Assembly: GCA_000004695.1 (NCBI GenBank) | Contig: CM000154.2 | Coordinates: 2,528,001-2,592,000, forward strand | From: Dictyostelium discoideum | Taxonomy: Eukaryota | DNA length: 64,000 bases | Direction of reading: 5' to 3' | In this document: one piece after another, positions 25,739 through 42,826 of the stretch | Layout: each line of letters starts with the position of its first letter | Position numbering within the stretch: position 1 is the first letter of the stretch | The notes under the pieces: model-generated | Database searches by the model: none | Seen by the model: only the letters and a program-made list of their open reading frames with translations | Told to the model about the DNA's origin: nothing | Program-made: the position numbers and the translations under genes

Positions 25739-28233
25739 GCAACAACAATAATAATAATAGCGATGTAAAAGATATAAAAGATAAATTATTAAAACAGTTT
25801 AAAATCTATGACCCAGTTAATGTATATATGGATGAAAGTTATTGGTATATTGATTTTAGATCATCAGAATCAAGAGAGCGTGCAATACAAGTATTGAATG
25901 GATCATTTATAGATACTTGGAAATTAAATGTAGATAATAAAAAAACCAATACAATCAATGAGGAATTACAAAAACAAAAACAACTTGAAAACGACAGTAA
26001 CAATAACAAACCAAACAACTTTAATCTACTTGAAAATGAAAGATCATTAAAAGAGATTTGTAAATTATTAGTAGCAACAGAATTACTTTCTACCTCTTCA
26101 AAAGATATTTCAAAAAATTTTATTGAGGCTGAAATACTTAAAACAATTAAATTATTGGATTCTCAAAGAATTGATCCTTTAACTCAAAATAGTACAATTA
26201 TAAATAATACTACAAATACCACTACTTCAAATATTAATAATACTAGTAATAATACAACAGTAACACCAATAGTAACACCAAAATCAATAATATCAGCACC
26301 AACATCTAGAGATAGTCCTAGAGGAGGAAGATCATCATCAACAACAACAAAGAAACCATCGAAATTAGATTTGAATGGTAGTGGCGTACCACCAACCTTA
26401 AAGAAATTAGACACAATTAAACAACAGCAACAACCACAACCACCATTATCGCCATTAAAGAGACCACCTAAAAGTCATTTCTATAGTGATAGTGAAGATG
26501 ATGGAAATAATAATAATGATGACGATGACGATGATGACGATGACGAGGACGATGATTTCGATCAAGAATTATCACCACTTCACTCTTCAAGAGATAGTAA
26601 AAAGAATATAAAATCAATCATTAAAAAGAAACCAATCTATTCTGATGATGACGATGATCATTATCATCATCATAATCATCATCATAACCATCATCATCAT
26701 CATCATCATGATCGTAGTGAAGTTGAACTTTATAATGAAAGTGATTTACAAGTAGATGTTTTAGATAGTGATAATGAAAATCAAGATGAAAGTGATTATC
26801 ATAAATCATCAGATAACTTTGGTCATGTAGAGTTATCTGATGATGATAATGAATTTGATTCTTTAGATACTGATCAAGATTTATATGATACTGAAGAAAA
26901 TGATAATGGAAAGAAATCAAATAAAAGACCTAGAAAATCAAAATTCAATGGTAAATCAAAGAAACCTACCACCACCACTTCAACAACAACAACGGCAACT
27001 AAATCAAAAGGTAGATCAAAAAAAACTACTATTACCACACCAACTCATAATATACCAGTTCTCGATGAAATTCAAAGTAATTTAGATGATGAAGATGCTT
27101 CATATGTTAGTATGGTTATGGCTGCTGATAAAGATATTAAACTTTTATTTTCTACAAAATCTGAGGAAGGTTTTGAAGATTCTTCACAAGAAATATTATC
27201 AACACCAACTAGAACTAAACCATCAAGAAATAGAAAAGAAAGAAACTTACCTTTCTTGGATGAAGAAGATGATGAATCATTTAAACAATTACCACAACCA
27301 CAACAAAAACAAGAAAAACAAGAAAAACATGAACATAAACTTAAAAATAAAGAATTAAAACAAAAAAATAATGAAGTTATTATAAATAAAACAGAAGAAC
27401 ATTTTAGTGAAAATCTTAATGGTGATAATAATAATAATAATGATAAAAGTGAAAATGAAAATGAAAATGAAAATGAAAATAAAAATGAAAATGAAAATGA
27501 TAATAATAATTTAAATACAAGTATTGATAATATAAATGGAGTTGAAAGACGTAGTATTACAGGATGTGCACGTTCAGAAGGTTATACTAGAAGCGATATT
27601 CAAAAACTATTTAAGAGAAAACAAGTTGCACCAACTGGTAAAAGAGGTGCTGCATCAAGTGCTAGTAGTGGTAGTAATTCATCATCCTCCTCAACAGCAG
27701 AATCATTTGAAACTGGTGGTAATTTATCTAAATCAGCAAGATCATCAAGATTTGATAATAGAGGATTTGGTAGTGATCCAATTACATTGGCATCATTAAA
27801 ATCAAGAAGAAAGAGAATTAAATTTGAACGTTCAGATATTCATGATTGGGGTTTATTTGCAATGGAAACTATTAGTGCAAAGGATATGGTAATCGAATAT
27901 ATTGGTGAAGTGATTCGTCAAAAGGTTGCAGATGAAAGAGAGAAACGTTATGTTAAAAAAGGTATTGGTAGTAGTTATCTATTTAGAGTCGATGATGATA
28001 CAATCATCGATGCTACATTCAAGGGTAATCTAGCAAGATTCATCAATCATTGTTGTGACCCAAATTGTATTGCAAAAGTGCTCACTATTGGAAATCAAAA
28101 GAAAATTATCATTTACGCAAAACGTGACATTAACATTGGTGAAGAAATTACTTACGATTATAAATTCCCAATTGAGGATGTTAAAATTCCTTGTTTATGT
28201 AAATCTCCAAAATGTAGACAAACTTTAAATTAA
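23579..28233 (+). CDS. set1: Histone H3K4 methyltransferase Set1 (RRM + N-SET + SET + post-SET)
   Basis: join(23579..24457, 24576..25005, 25082..28233); introns GTAAAT...TAG and GTATGT...TAG with phases closing (1486 aa). The C-terminus [68 protein letters not shown] is a near-verbatim Set1/SETD1-type SET + post-SET end. Upstream are an RRM-like segment ([24 protein letters not shown]), a poly-Q tract, RD/RE/W repeats and acidic/His-rich low complexity. Confidence 0.85.
24772..24872 (+). repeat. (CAA)n coding microsatellite (about 33 units) giving the poly-Q tract in Set1 exon 2
   Basis: Uninterrupted caa triplets, in frame with the exon. Confidence 0.9.
25134..25392 (+). repeat. Coding Arg-Asp/Arg-Glu-Trp dipeptide repeat ([10 protein letters not shown]…) in Set1 exon 3
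   Basis: An imperfect tandem 18-24-nt unit agagatagagattgggaa is read in the exon frame as (RD)n with interspersed W/E. The ORF-track frame (IEIGKE…) is the wrong frame. Confidence 0.7.
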
Positions 28234-28307
28234 AAATCATATTTTTATTATTTAAAACTAATTAACATGTTTATTTCATGAATATTAAAATTAAAATAAA
28301 AATATAC

Positions 28308-28368
<61 letters not shown>

Positions 28369-28390
28369 ATTATTATATCATTTCTTATAA

Positions 28391-29506
28391 TTAATTATCT
28401 TTATTTTTAGTTTGATCATTTTTAATTATTGATTTCAATTTACTAAATCCAAATTTTCTTGAAAATATAAAATCAATTAATCTAGTTGGAAGCCAACTTA
28501 AAAATACTAAACCAATTGATCCTGGACCATATTTCATATGATTTGGAATTCTATTTGAAAATATTTTTTTCATTCTATAAATATTAATTAATAATTTAAA
28601 AAAAAAAAAAATAAAAATAAAATTAGTTTAATATTTATTTTTATATATATATAATTATAAATATAAATTAAAATCATACATTGAATCAGTTAAACCTTGA
28701 ATTGGTGCTTGATTTTTTATTGATGTTAATGGACGATCTAATAACTCTTTATAAATTGGATGATATGGAGATTCTGGATTTGATATTATTTCTTTAAATT
28801 TTGGTAATGTTTTATTAACAATTTCACTCTTTAAAGGTCCAGGCATTACTAACATAACTTTAATTGAAAATGGTGATAATTCTACTCTTATACTATAGTA
28901 GAAAAATAATTAATAAATTATTTTAAATAATAATCATAATGATTATATTTTTTTCTGTTTTTTTTTTGTTTTTTTTTTTTTTTGTTTTTTTTTTTTGTTT
29001 TTTTTCTAAATGTGTATTACCTACCTTTCATTAAAAGAATGAAGAGCTGCTTTTGAAGCACAATAAAGGCCTGATATAGGCATTGGAATAAATCCTGCAA
29101 CACTACCAATATTTATTATTAAACCAGTTCTTTCTTTTATCATATGTTTTGCAACTTCTCTTGTTGTTCTAATAAGGCCTAGTGTATTTGTTTGGAATAC
29201 ATCTTCTAATTCTTCATCAGGCATATCAATCCATGTATTAAATGATGAAATACCTGCATTGTTTATTAAGATATCTATTTTTCCTTCATTTTTAATAATT
29301 TGATTAACTGCACTTTCAATTGATAATTTATCCTTCACATCAAGTCTAATTGTATTAATTCCCATTGACGATAATTCATTCATCGATTCTAAATTTCTTG
29401 AACTTGAATAAACTTTAAAACCATACTCGTAAAATGCCTTTGAAAGTGATTTTCCAATCCCATTTCCACCACATCCTGTTATTAAAACAACTTTATCGAC
29501 TATCAT
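28391..29506 (-). CDS. Short-chain dehydrogenase/reductase (SDR) with a hydrophobic C-terminal tail
   Basis: complement(join(28391..28574, 28680..28892, 29025..29506)); introns GTAGGT...TAG and GTATGA...TAG, phase 2 preserved. It carries the TGCGGNGIGKS cofactor motif, NNAG, and a YCASKAA catalytic Y-x3-K. The C-terminal exon encodes a hydrophobic segment (GSIGLVFLSWLP). Confidence 0.8.
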
Positions 29507-29591
29507 TTTTACAATAAAAAAACAAAAAACAAAAAAAAAAAAAAAAAAAGAAAACAAAAATGGGGTTTAATTAAAAAAAAAAAGAAATGAT

Positions 29592-29645
<54 letters not shown>

Positions 29646-29965
29646 TGATGTCAAATCTGAATATTTTTATCCCACATTTCATTTTTTTTATTTTTTTTTT
29701 AATTTAACCCCATTTTTTATTCTGCCCAATTTATCTTTTTTCCAAAAAAATAATAAAATTAATGAAAATAAGAAATTCATATAAAATAAGTCTGAATGTT
29801 TTATTCAATAAAAATAAAAAATAAAAAATAAAAATAAAAAATCGATTAATTCCTAATTTCAGGATTTATTTATAATTATTTTTTGTTTTTAGAAAAAAAA
29901 ATAAAAAAAGATAAATTTTAAATTATCTCTTTTTTTTATTTATTTATTTTATTTTATTTTATTAT

Positions 29966-32413
<2,448 letters not shown>

Positions 32414-32496
32414 GTTACTCTTATTAATGCTACCTCTTCTTCTTCCATCGCTACTAATGATATTATTAATATTATTACTATTATTACTATTATTAC

Positions 32497-32584
<88 letters not shown>

Positions 32585-32769
32585 GATGTTGCCGCTGATA
32601 TTATTGTTGTTATTTATATTATTACTATTAGCAATATTATTGTTGTGGCCGTTTTCTAGTCTATGTAAATTTTGTCCATTGTTGATATTATTGAAACCAT
32701 TATTATTATTGTTATTAATAATATTATTATTACCATTATTATTATTACTATTATTGATATTGTTATTAA

Positions 32770-32875
<106 letters not shown>

Positions 32876-33083
32876 AATATTACCATTATTACCATTATTA
32901 TTATTATTATTATAAAATTTTTAGTCAAAGAAATGAAAAAAGGGTAAGGGTAAATTAAAGGGGTTTGGGGGGGGATTTTTTAAATATCCCCGAAAAAAAG
33001 GGGGGTTTTAAAATTTTTTTTTTTTTTTTATTTATTTAAAGATTTTTAATTTTTAATTTTTGAAAATTAAAATTTTAATTTTT

Positions 33084-33173
<90 letters not shown>

Positions 33174-33207
33174 AGTTTTAAAGATTTAATTAAAAGCAAA
33201 GTTTGTA

Positions 33208-34026
<819 letters not shown>

Positions 34027-34125
34027 TCTGCTAAATGACTGAACAAAGGTATTATTTGGTCTATTTTAAAAAATAAAAAAATAATTAACAAAGGTCAGTA
34101 AAAGAGAATATTATAAGATTTGAAG

Positions 34126-34165
<40 letters not shown>

Positions 34166-34172
34166 ATTATAA

Positions 34173-35106
34173 TTACACTGCAAAATTTTGAGATAAAGTA
34201 TATTCAACATAACGTTTAATATAAGGCATTTGAAAGATATCAAAGATTGAAGGTCTTTTAGTAGGTTGTTTCTCTAGTAATTGATAAACTAAATTTTGTA
34301 AATCTTGAGAATAATTTGGAGAGATTGGTAATGGTTGACCTTGTAAGATTTGAAATATTAATGAGGGCATTTCCTTTGCATCGAATGCATGTTTCAATGT
34401 GATCATTTCATATAGACAACAACCCAATGACCAAATATCTGATTTAAAATCGTATGCTCTACTACCAAAACATTCTGGACTCATATAATATGGTGTACCA
34501 ATCATTGTCTTTGCAAACTCTGATGAATTCAAAACTCTTGATATACCGAAATCACCAATCTTTATAATGTTTTTCTTTGTTAAAAATATATTTTGTGTTT
34601 TTAAATCTCTATGTATAACTTTTTTCTTGTGCATATATAATAATCCTAATGCGATTTGAATAAACCAATCTAATATTTGCTATTTTTTATTTATTTAAAA
34701 AGTAAAAAAAAAAAAGTAAAATTAAATAAATATGTATAATTAATATTAATTTCTCCTTTTAACAAATAAAAATAAAAATAACTTTCAATATACATACATA
34801 TTCAGAAATGAATTCGTTTTTCTTTTTTTGAAGCGTTGTGAATAAGTCTCCCGATTCACAATAAGCCATAATGATACAAAGGAATTGATTATTTTCAATT
34901 TGAAAAGATTCAAAGTATTCGACAATATTTGGATGTTTTAATTGAGATAATACATTTACTTCGTGTAATGTATCTTTTGTCTTTTCTCTCTCTTTTAAAA
35001 AGATTTTTTTCATTACATATTTTTTTTTATCGATTGTACTTCTTACTAAATAAACATCACCATGCGATCCATTACCAATTTGTTTAATTATATCATATTT
35101 ATCCAT
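34173..35106 (-). CDS. NIMA-related (NEK-family) serine/threonine protein kinase
   Basis: complement(join(34173..34679, 34798..35106)), with a GTATGT...TAG intron (phase 0). It has IGNGSHGDVYLV (Gly loop), VMKKI, HRDLKTQNIFL, DFGISR, GTPYYMSPE and DIWSLGC. The closest overall pattern is Nek2-like. As modelled it is kinase domain only (271 aa). Confidence 0.8.
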
Positions 35107-35725
35107 TCCATTGATTTTATTTATTTTTATATAATTATATAAAAATAGTGTTTATTTATTTATTTATGTTGTTGTTTTTGTTGTTGGTACGTTTATATTT
35201 ATTTTTTTTTTTATTTTAATTGATAGTAGTGTAGATGTTAATGATAGTAGTAGTAGTAGTAGTAATAGTGTATAATTGATAATTGATAATAGATAATTGA
35301 TAGTAGTGGTAGATGTTAATTGATAGTAGTAGTGGTAATAATAGTGGTGGTAGTTGTTTTTATATTACTTTTTTTTTATTTATTGGTGTTTATGTATGTG
35401 TTTGTGTGTGTATATACTTGATTTTTATTATTATTATTATTATAGTTGGTTGTAGATGATATAAAGAAAGTGTAATATTGTTTAATGTGGTGAATTTTTT
35501 ATATACTCTATTTTTTTTTTTTTTTTTTTTTTTAAATAAATATTTATTTTAAATTTTTTTTTTTTTTTTTTTTTTTTTGATGATAAAAGTGTTATTTAAA
35601 TTTTGAAATGGTACAATTGTATTTATTATGCGTGAAAATATTTATGTAATAATATGTATGACTGAGTGCGTGTTGTGTGATTATAAATTGAAAAAAAATA
35701 ATAAAAAAATAAAAAAAAATAATAA

Positions 35726-35761
<36 letters not shown>

Positions 35762-36818
35762 TGTGAGTTATTTAATTGAAGTGTTTGGGGTACTGTTTGT
35801 GATGGGTGTGTATTATTTTTGTTTTTTGTAAATTTAATTTTTAATTTTTTTATATTTTTATTTATTTTTTTTTTTTTTTTTATGTCTGTATCTAACTGTG
35901 ATTGCTATATTGATTGAACTATAAATATAAAAATAAACCAACCCAATGATTAGTGTTATATATTAATGATGCTTTTATTATTTTTTTTTTTTTTTTTTGT
36001 GATATGAGGATCAGTGAAGAGAAAGAAAGAAAAAAAATAAATAAATAAATTTATATAAGTATAAAATATTTGTGTAATTTTAATAATAATAATAATAAAT
36101 ATAATAATAAATGAAATTTTTTTTTTTTTTTTTTTTTTGAAGTTATAAAAAAAAACACAACAACAAATTAAGCATTTAATTTAAAAAAATAAAAAAATAA
36201 AAAAAAAAAAAAAAATAATTGTTCGTATTGACAAATTAATTAAAAAAAATTTTATTTTAAAAAATATTGAAAAAAATTGAAAAAAAATCAATTCTATAAA
36301 AGGTTTGGTTTGATCGGTGAAAAGGAAAGATTTTGTCAATCTATCTTATAATTAAAGATTTTTTTTTTATATATTATAAAATTTTCTTTTAAAAAATATT
36401 TCCTTTTTTTTTTTAAAAAAAATTATTGAAAAAAAAAAAATATATTAAAAATTATTATGGACAAAAAAGGATTATTAGTTTATGTTATTAATAGAATTTA
36501 ATGCGTGTGTGTGTGTGGTTGGCAAAAAAAAAAAAAAAAAAAAAAAACTCTAATAAAAAAAACTCTAATAAAAAAATAATTAGAACAAAACTCCTTTTTT
36601 GTGCACACTTACAATTTAGGAAAATAAAAGACACACAAAAAATGATTTTGTAAAAAAAAAAAAAACCACCCCTTTAAAAATTCAACCTCTAAAAAAAAGA
36701 TCAATTCGACCAAAAATTAGATATATTACGAGATTTTTTTTTTTAAAAATTTTTTTTTTCTTTTTACTTTTTTTATTTTTTTTTATTTTATTTTATTTTA
36801 TTTTTATTTTTATTTTTA

Positions 36819-36848
<30 letters not shown>

Positions 36849-36849
<1 letters not shown>

Positions 36850-36896
36850 GGCTTTTATGTGCGAAGCCCCTTTATGAAAATATGATATTTCATAAA
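36849..36896. other. Adjacent GC-stem hairpin and AT palindrome just 3' of the amine oxidase gene
   Basis: GGGCTT-ttatgtgcg-AAGCCC (6-bp GC stem) is immediately followed by the palindrome TTTATGAAAATATGATATTTCATAAA, about 85-130 nt past the stop codon of the minus-strand gene. Confidence 0.4.
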
Positions 36897-36980
36897 AAAT
36901 AAATATTTATTTAAAAAAAAAAAAAATTTTATTTTTGTTAAAATATGTTGTGGGTTGATATAAAATTTTTTTTTTTTTTT

Positions 36981-38834
36981 TTACATTTTTGGTTTTGATT
37001 GTAACTTGTTTGAAATTGGTAAAGAAGTTTTTAATTCTTCATAGACTCTAACACCAGTTTCAAGAGCTCCATTTATAGTTGAGAGATCGTATGTTGTAGC
37101 TGTTGCTTCACCTGCAAAGAATAATTTATTATCAATAGGCTATTTTTGTAAAAATGAGATTTTTTTTTTTTTTTTTTAAAAAAATATAAAAAAAAAAAAA
37201 AAGGGTGATATTACAATTAATATTTTATATCAATTGATTCATAATATATATTTTATATTAACAAAAAAAGGATTATTTTGTTTTTTTTTTTTTTTTTTGT
37301 ACAAGTTGTGGTTTTTTGGATTTTTAAATTTAGATCACAAAAAAAAAAAAAAAAAAAAATAAGAGATATTTTTTGATTTTTAGATTAAAAATTATTTTAA
37401 TCAATATTAGAGATTAATAATTTATGAATATTATAATTATTATTATTATTTAAAAAATAATAAAAAGAAGATTTTGGTTAGTATTTTTTTTTTTTTTTTT
37501 TAAATCTTAAGATATATTTAATTTTTTTTAAAAAAAATAAAAATAAAAATAAAAAAAAAATATATATTATTAAGAAAATAAAAAAATTTTAAATTTACCT
37601 CTGCTAAAATTTCATTTGGATAATTTTTATATGGATAAGTTGAAGGAATAATTGATGGATAAGAATAGGCACCACGTACGAATGGATTCTTTTGCCAATC
37701 ATAAACCATATGTGAGATAAAAGAGTCAGAGGCAGGTGTCCAACCATTTTCAGAAGTACCAAACATAGCATCTAATTGATCGAGGAAAGTACGAATTTGT
37801 TTTTGTGGTGATAGAGCACTGATGGCTTTAGCTTGGTCACCAGTGATGAAGCCAACTGAAACATATTCAGAAGGTTGTCCAGGAACGAGTGGACGATATG
37901 GTGGACCGTCCATCCAAATTTGAGGTACTGGACTATCACCACAAAGAACCAATTGACAATTATTTAACCAAAACTTTTTATTGAATTTAGCGATGATTTT
38001 CATACCACCGTCCATACCGATGGTTTTAATTGCGATTTTCTTTCTCTCTGGTAATTCTGGGGTGAAGGTGATATCACCATCTTTTAAGATTTGTAGTGGC
38101 ACAGTTACGACCACACGTTGGGCTTGAACCACTTGACCGTTGTAGGAGGTGACTTTAACCAATTTCTCGTCCTTTGTGGTATCGATATGTTTAACTCTCC
38201 AATTGAGGTTAATATCCAATGATTTTGAAAAATGATCCAACATAATCTTTGAAGATTGTTGAACTTTGTAATTGTTTGGAATTGTGTTTGGTTTACTATC
38301 TTCTCTTGCTGCTTCTTTAACACCAATTCTATCGAGATCAGTTGCCCATGTCTTTGAGTAGATTGCATCGGCCAAACCCAACACTCTGAATGGTACTTGC
38401 TTTTTAATTAAATGCTCTAAAAGATTCATTTCTCTATTTGGATTATCAATTTCATCAGATAAACTAACCAATGCATCTGCCAACTTTTGAATATCTTCAT
38501 CACGTTGATCTGCTCTAATTAATTTTCTTTCACGTCCTAAATATAAATAAGTGGAATTAATTGGTGAATTAAATAAATCCATTGAGAATACTTCAAATAG
38601 TTCCCATTTATTCTCCATTGCTAAACGATAATATAATGTATCACCACCATGAATCATTTCACCACCCAATTCAACTGGATAACTTGTAAAATTAAAATCT
38701 TGTCTAGTTCTACCACCAATAATATTATTTGCTTCAACAACTAAAACTTTATATCCATCCTTTTCTAATTTATAACCACACATTAAACCTGAAACACCTG
38801 ATCCAATTACAACAATATCATAAACATTACTCAT
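36981..38834 (-). CDS. Flavin-containing amine oxidase (polyamine/spermine oxidase-like)
   Basis: complement(join(36981..37139, 37611..38834)). It has the N-terminal FAD Rossmann motif DIVVIGSGVSGL…VLVVEANNIIGGR. The 3' exon was found only after splicing; it encodes PIDNKLFFAGEATATTYDLSTINGALETGVR, the family's C-terminal FAD-contact motif. The intron is 471 nt, long for this genome. Confidence 0.8.
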
Positions 38835-39702
38835 TTTTCTTTTGAGAAAACAAAAAAAATAAAAAAAAAAAAAAGTAAAAAAAAAGTCAAGATTTAAATT
38901 TTAAAAATAAAATAAAATAAAAATAAAAATAAAAAAAAAAAATATAAATAGATTAATTTCAATTTATTAATTTAATTATAAAAATAAATGAAAAAATAAT
39001 AATAAAAATAATTATAAAATATTTTAGGGTGAAGTATGAAATTTTCTTATTTTACCTTTTTTTTTATTTTTTTTTATTATTCTTCAAAGTGAAGATATGA
39101 ATAAACAGTGTTGTAAACGAAAATAAAAATAAAAATAAAAAATATAAAAAAATTATAAAAAAAAAAAAAAAATCAAAAAAAAAAACGAAATCAAAATTAA
39201 TTTTTTTTTTTTTTTTATTATTTTATTTTTATTAAGTAGAATTGGTTTAAATTTACAAAAATAGAAAACAATCATTATCAAATCTGTCATTGCTTTTATT
39301 TAATTTTTTTTTTTTCTTGAAAATATATTTTTTTTTTTTTTTTTTGTTTCTCATTAAAACAAAATATAATTATTATTTTTATTTTTTAATTTTTTTTTTA
39401 TTAATATTTCATTACTGTTTCTCATTAAAACAAAATATAATTATTATTTTTATTTTCTAATTTTTTTCATCTTTTTGTTTTTTTCTTTATTATAATTTTT
39501 TTTTTTTTTTTTTTTTATTAATATGTGGATTTTTTTCCTATAATTAGATTATCTCACAACTATATATTTTCATAATTTCATTTTGTGGTGGTGTGGTGAG
39601 AGTGTTTCAAAAAAAAAAAAAAAAATCATACAATATTGTAATTTTATGGGAAGGTGAGAAAAACAGTGAGTATAGGTGTATACTAGTATTTGTACACAAT
39701 AA

Positions 39703-39739
<37 letters not shown>

Positions 39740-39961
39740 GTTGTGTTTCTTTTTCAATTTATTCAAATTATATTATTATTATTATTATTTTTTTTTTTAA
39801 AAAAATAAAGTTAAATCTTCATATAATAGGGTGTGAGATCATATAAAAAAACCAAATGATGAATTATGTTGTTATATCGTTTAACAATTATTATGTACTT
39901 ATAAGGTTAAAAATTACTTTATCAAATTTGAAATAATAATAATAAAAAAATGAATAAAAAA

Positions 39962-39994
<33 letters not shown>

Positions 39995-40087
39995 AAATAA
40001 AAATAAAAATAAAAAATTACAAATTAAAAATAAATAATAAATAAATAAAATAATTATAGTTCATAATTTGGTAATAGCGTTTTTTTT

Positions 40088-40123
<36 letters not shown>

Positions 40124-40585
40124 TTTATTCCATTTTATTTTATTTCATTTTATTTTTTCTTTTTTTTTTTATTTTTATTATTTTTTTTTATTTCTTTTTT
40201 TTATTTTATTTTTCCTATTTTATTATATTTATTTTTTTTCTACTGTATATGTCCATCTACTTACTTTGTACAAATTTGAACACTCACACTATTTTACTTT
40301 TAATAAAAAAAAATAAAAAAAAAAAAAAAATTATTTTTTTATTGGCTCCATATCATAAATAAAAATAGTGTTTAAAAATCGCTTTTATATCAATATTAAA
40401 AATTTAGATTATATTGTACATTAAATTTGATTATTATTATAATAAAAAAATTAAATAAAATAAATAAATAAAAAATAAATAAAAAAAAAATAACTAATTT
40501 GTTGTTATTTTTGAGGTTAATTAAAAAAATACAAATAAAATAAAATAAATAAAATAAAATAAATAAAAAATAAAATAAAATAAAA

Positions 40586-40624
<39 letters not shown>

Positions 40625-40807
40625 TAAATACTCCAACTACCAAATCTAATTCAATCAATTATTTATAGAGTACATTATAAAATTACAAATTGTAAAAAAT
40701 AATAATAATAATAAATAAAATTTAAAAAATAAAATAAATTTAGTAATAATAAAATTAATAATAATAATAAATTAAATAAAAATAGTAATATTACAAACTA
40801 ATTAAAA

Positions 40808-40854
40808 ATGACATTATTTGGTAAGTCATTGTTATTATTTATAAAAATACAGTC

Positions 40855-40896
<42 letters not shown>

Positions 40897-41158
40897 GTGG
40901 AATCTTTAAAATCAAATTTCCTAATTTTTTTTTTTTTTTTTTTTTATCATAGAATCTTTAAAATCAATAAGCCCAGTTTCTAAAATTAATAACGATGGTG
41001 GAGTAATAGCGAATAATAAAATAACAGATCAATCAAATTATGGTATTAATGGTTTATCCGGATATGATGTACATAGAATTCCCGGTTATTCACCCCAAGA
41101 TTATTTCGAAACTACTGGATTTGGAAAAGAAGGTTATGTTGGTCCAAAATCATGTTAA
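40808..41158 (+). CDS. Small (about 72 aa) Gly/Ser/Asn-containing protein; 2 exons
   Basis: join(40808..40820, 40953..41158). Exon 1 (atg aca tta ttt g) ends at GTAAGT. The 3' splice region is duplicated (…tatag|tggaatctttaaaatcaa… and …atcatag|aatctttaaaatcaa…), and only the second acceptor gives an open frame (MTLFESLKSISPVSKINNDGGVIANNK…GFGKEGYVGPKSC). Confidence 0.45.
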
Positions 41159-41963
41159 CACTAGTAGTCTTTTTTTTTATGTTTTTTTTCCCCCATTTTT
41201 TTTAAATCTTTAATTAACTATTATTATTATTTTTTAAATTTCTTTTTTTAGTTAGAAAATAAAAAAAATAAAAAAAAAAAAAAAAAAAATAAAAAAAAAA
41301 AAAAATTAAAAAAATTAAAAAAAATATAAAGGTATTGTTTTCAATATTAAAATATTTAGTTTAAAATTTAACACCCTATAAAATATTTTTGGTTTAAATT
41401 TTTTTATTTTTTTTTTTTATTTAATTTAAAATTATTAATTAATTGTGTTATTATTTCATCATTGTTCGAAATTTCTACCAGTTAGAAATTCTAACCCTTC
41501 TTTTTCTATTAATGTTTTTAAAATTTTATTTTTTTTTATTTTTATTTTTTTTTTCATTTTTTATTTTATTTTAATTTTGTTTTAAATAATGTGGCACAAC
41601 TATGTTTCCCACACTGAAATTTAAAAACTAATCCAAATGAAACAAAGGTGACTAACTGCTAAAAAAAAATGAAATTTAGATATTTTTGAAAAAAAAAAAA
41701 AAAAATAGTTTTTTTAATTTTTTTGATAATTTTTTCCCATTACCTTGTCAGATATTTTTTTATTTTTTTTTTTATTTTAATTTTTTTTTTATTTTTATTT
41801 TTATTTTTTTTTTTTTATAATAATTCATCCTAATTTTTTTTTAAAAAAAAAGCAATAGAGAAAAAAAAAAAAACTTTTTTTTCATAAATCTTTAAAATAA
41901 ATTAATTGTATTATAAATTATCATTGTAAAAAAATAAAAAAAAATAATAAAATAAATTAAATA

Positions 41964-42047
41964 ATGGAACCAAGAACTTGTAGAATTTCAGTAGCAATTA
42001 GCTCACTCCTTGTATTTGTATGTTTTATTTTTATAAATATTTCTTTC

Positions 42048-42079
<32 letters not shown>

Positions 42080-42826
42080 TAAAAAATAATAAAATAAAAT
42101 AAAATAAAATAAAATAAAACAAAATAAAATAAAAAAAGGGAAATTTTTTTTTTTTTTTTTTAATAATAAAAATAATTAATAATAAAATTCTAATAATATC
42201 TATTTTTATATTTTTTTGATCGCTTTGGAAAAAAAAATCAAAAAAAAAAAAAAAAAAAAAATCAAAATTTATAACTATTATTTATTATTTTTATTATTTT
42301 AGTTATTCGGTGTTACACAAGTTGTAATTACATTTTCAAATCAAAATATTGATACAAGTCATACATGGGCATTCTTTGCCAATGGTTGTACATGCACATT
42401 AACAGGTTTTGCAGGTATTTTAACAGCAATCTTTTCAAAGACAACATTCTCAAAAATCTACTTCCTTATGACATTTTTAACAGTTTTTGAAGCTATCATT
42501 GTCTATATCATTTTCAGTGCCGCCTTACCAAGTTACATTGAAGCAGCATGTGGTGGTACAACATTCTTTAATCACTATTGCCAAGGTATTAAAATTTATC
42601 TTTCATCTGCTACAAGTGTTTTCTGGTCTTGGATCCTTTTAATTCTTGTAAGTAAATCTAAAATTAAAATCTAAAATCTAAAATCAAACAATTTATTAAT
42701 ATTTTTTATTTTTTATTTTTTTTCTCTTTTTCTCTTTTATAGCCAGCTTCATCATTCATTGCATGGAAAAATCTTACAGTTTCAAGATCTACTCCAGGTA
42801 ATATTGAAATGAACAGCAAAAACTAA
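41964..42826 (+). CDS. Small four-transmembrane-helix membrane protein (about 160 aa)
   Basis: join(41964..42017, 42303..42647, 42743..42826); introns GTATGT...TAG and GTAAGT...TAG, phases 0/0. Four hydrophobic helices are predicted. No enzymatic motif was recognised. Confidence 0.6.

Noticed and set aside
26184-27799. Minus/plus-strand ORFs inside set1 (26184..26414, 26621..26920, 26885..27085, 27086..27358, 27536..27799)
   Set aside because: Alternative frames of low-complexity coding sequence (poly-D/H/N) within a gene whose true frame is established by the SET domain.
32930-33000. G-run-rich segment (ggggtttgggggggg…ggggggtttt) as a G-quadruplex or telomere-like element
   Set aside because: It sits directly at a contig end before a 100-N gap and has the look of base-calling noise. 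The same pattern recurs at other gap flanks.
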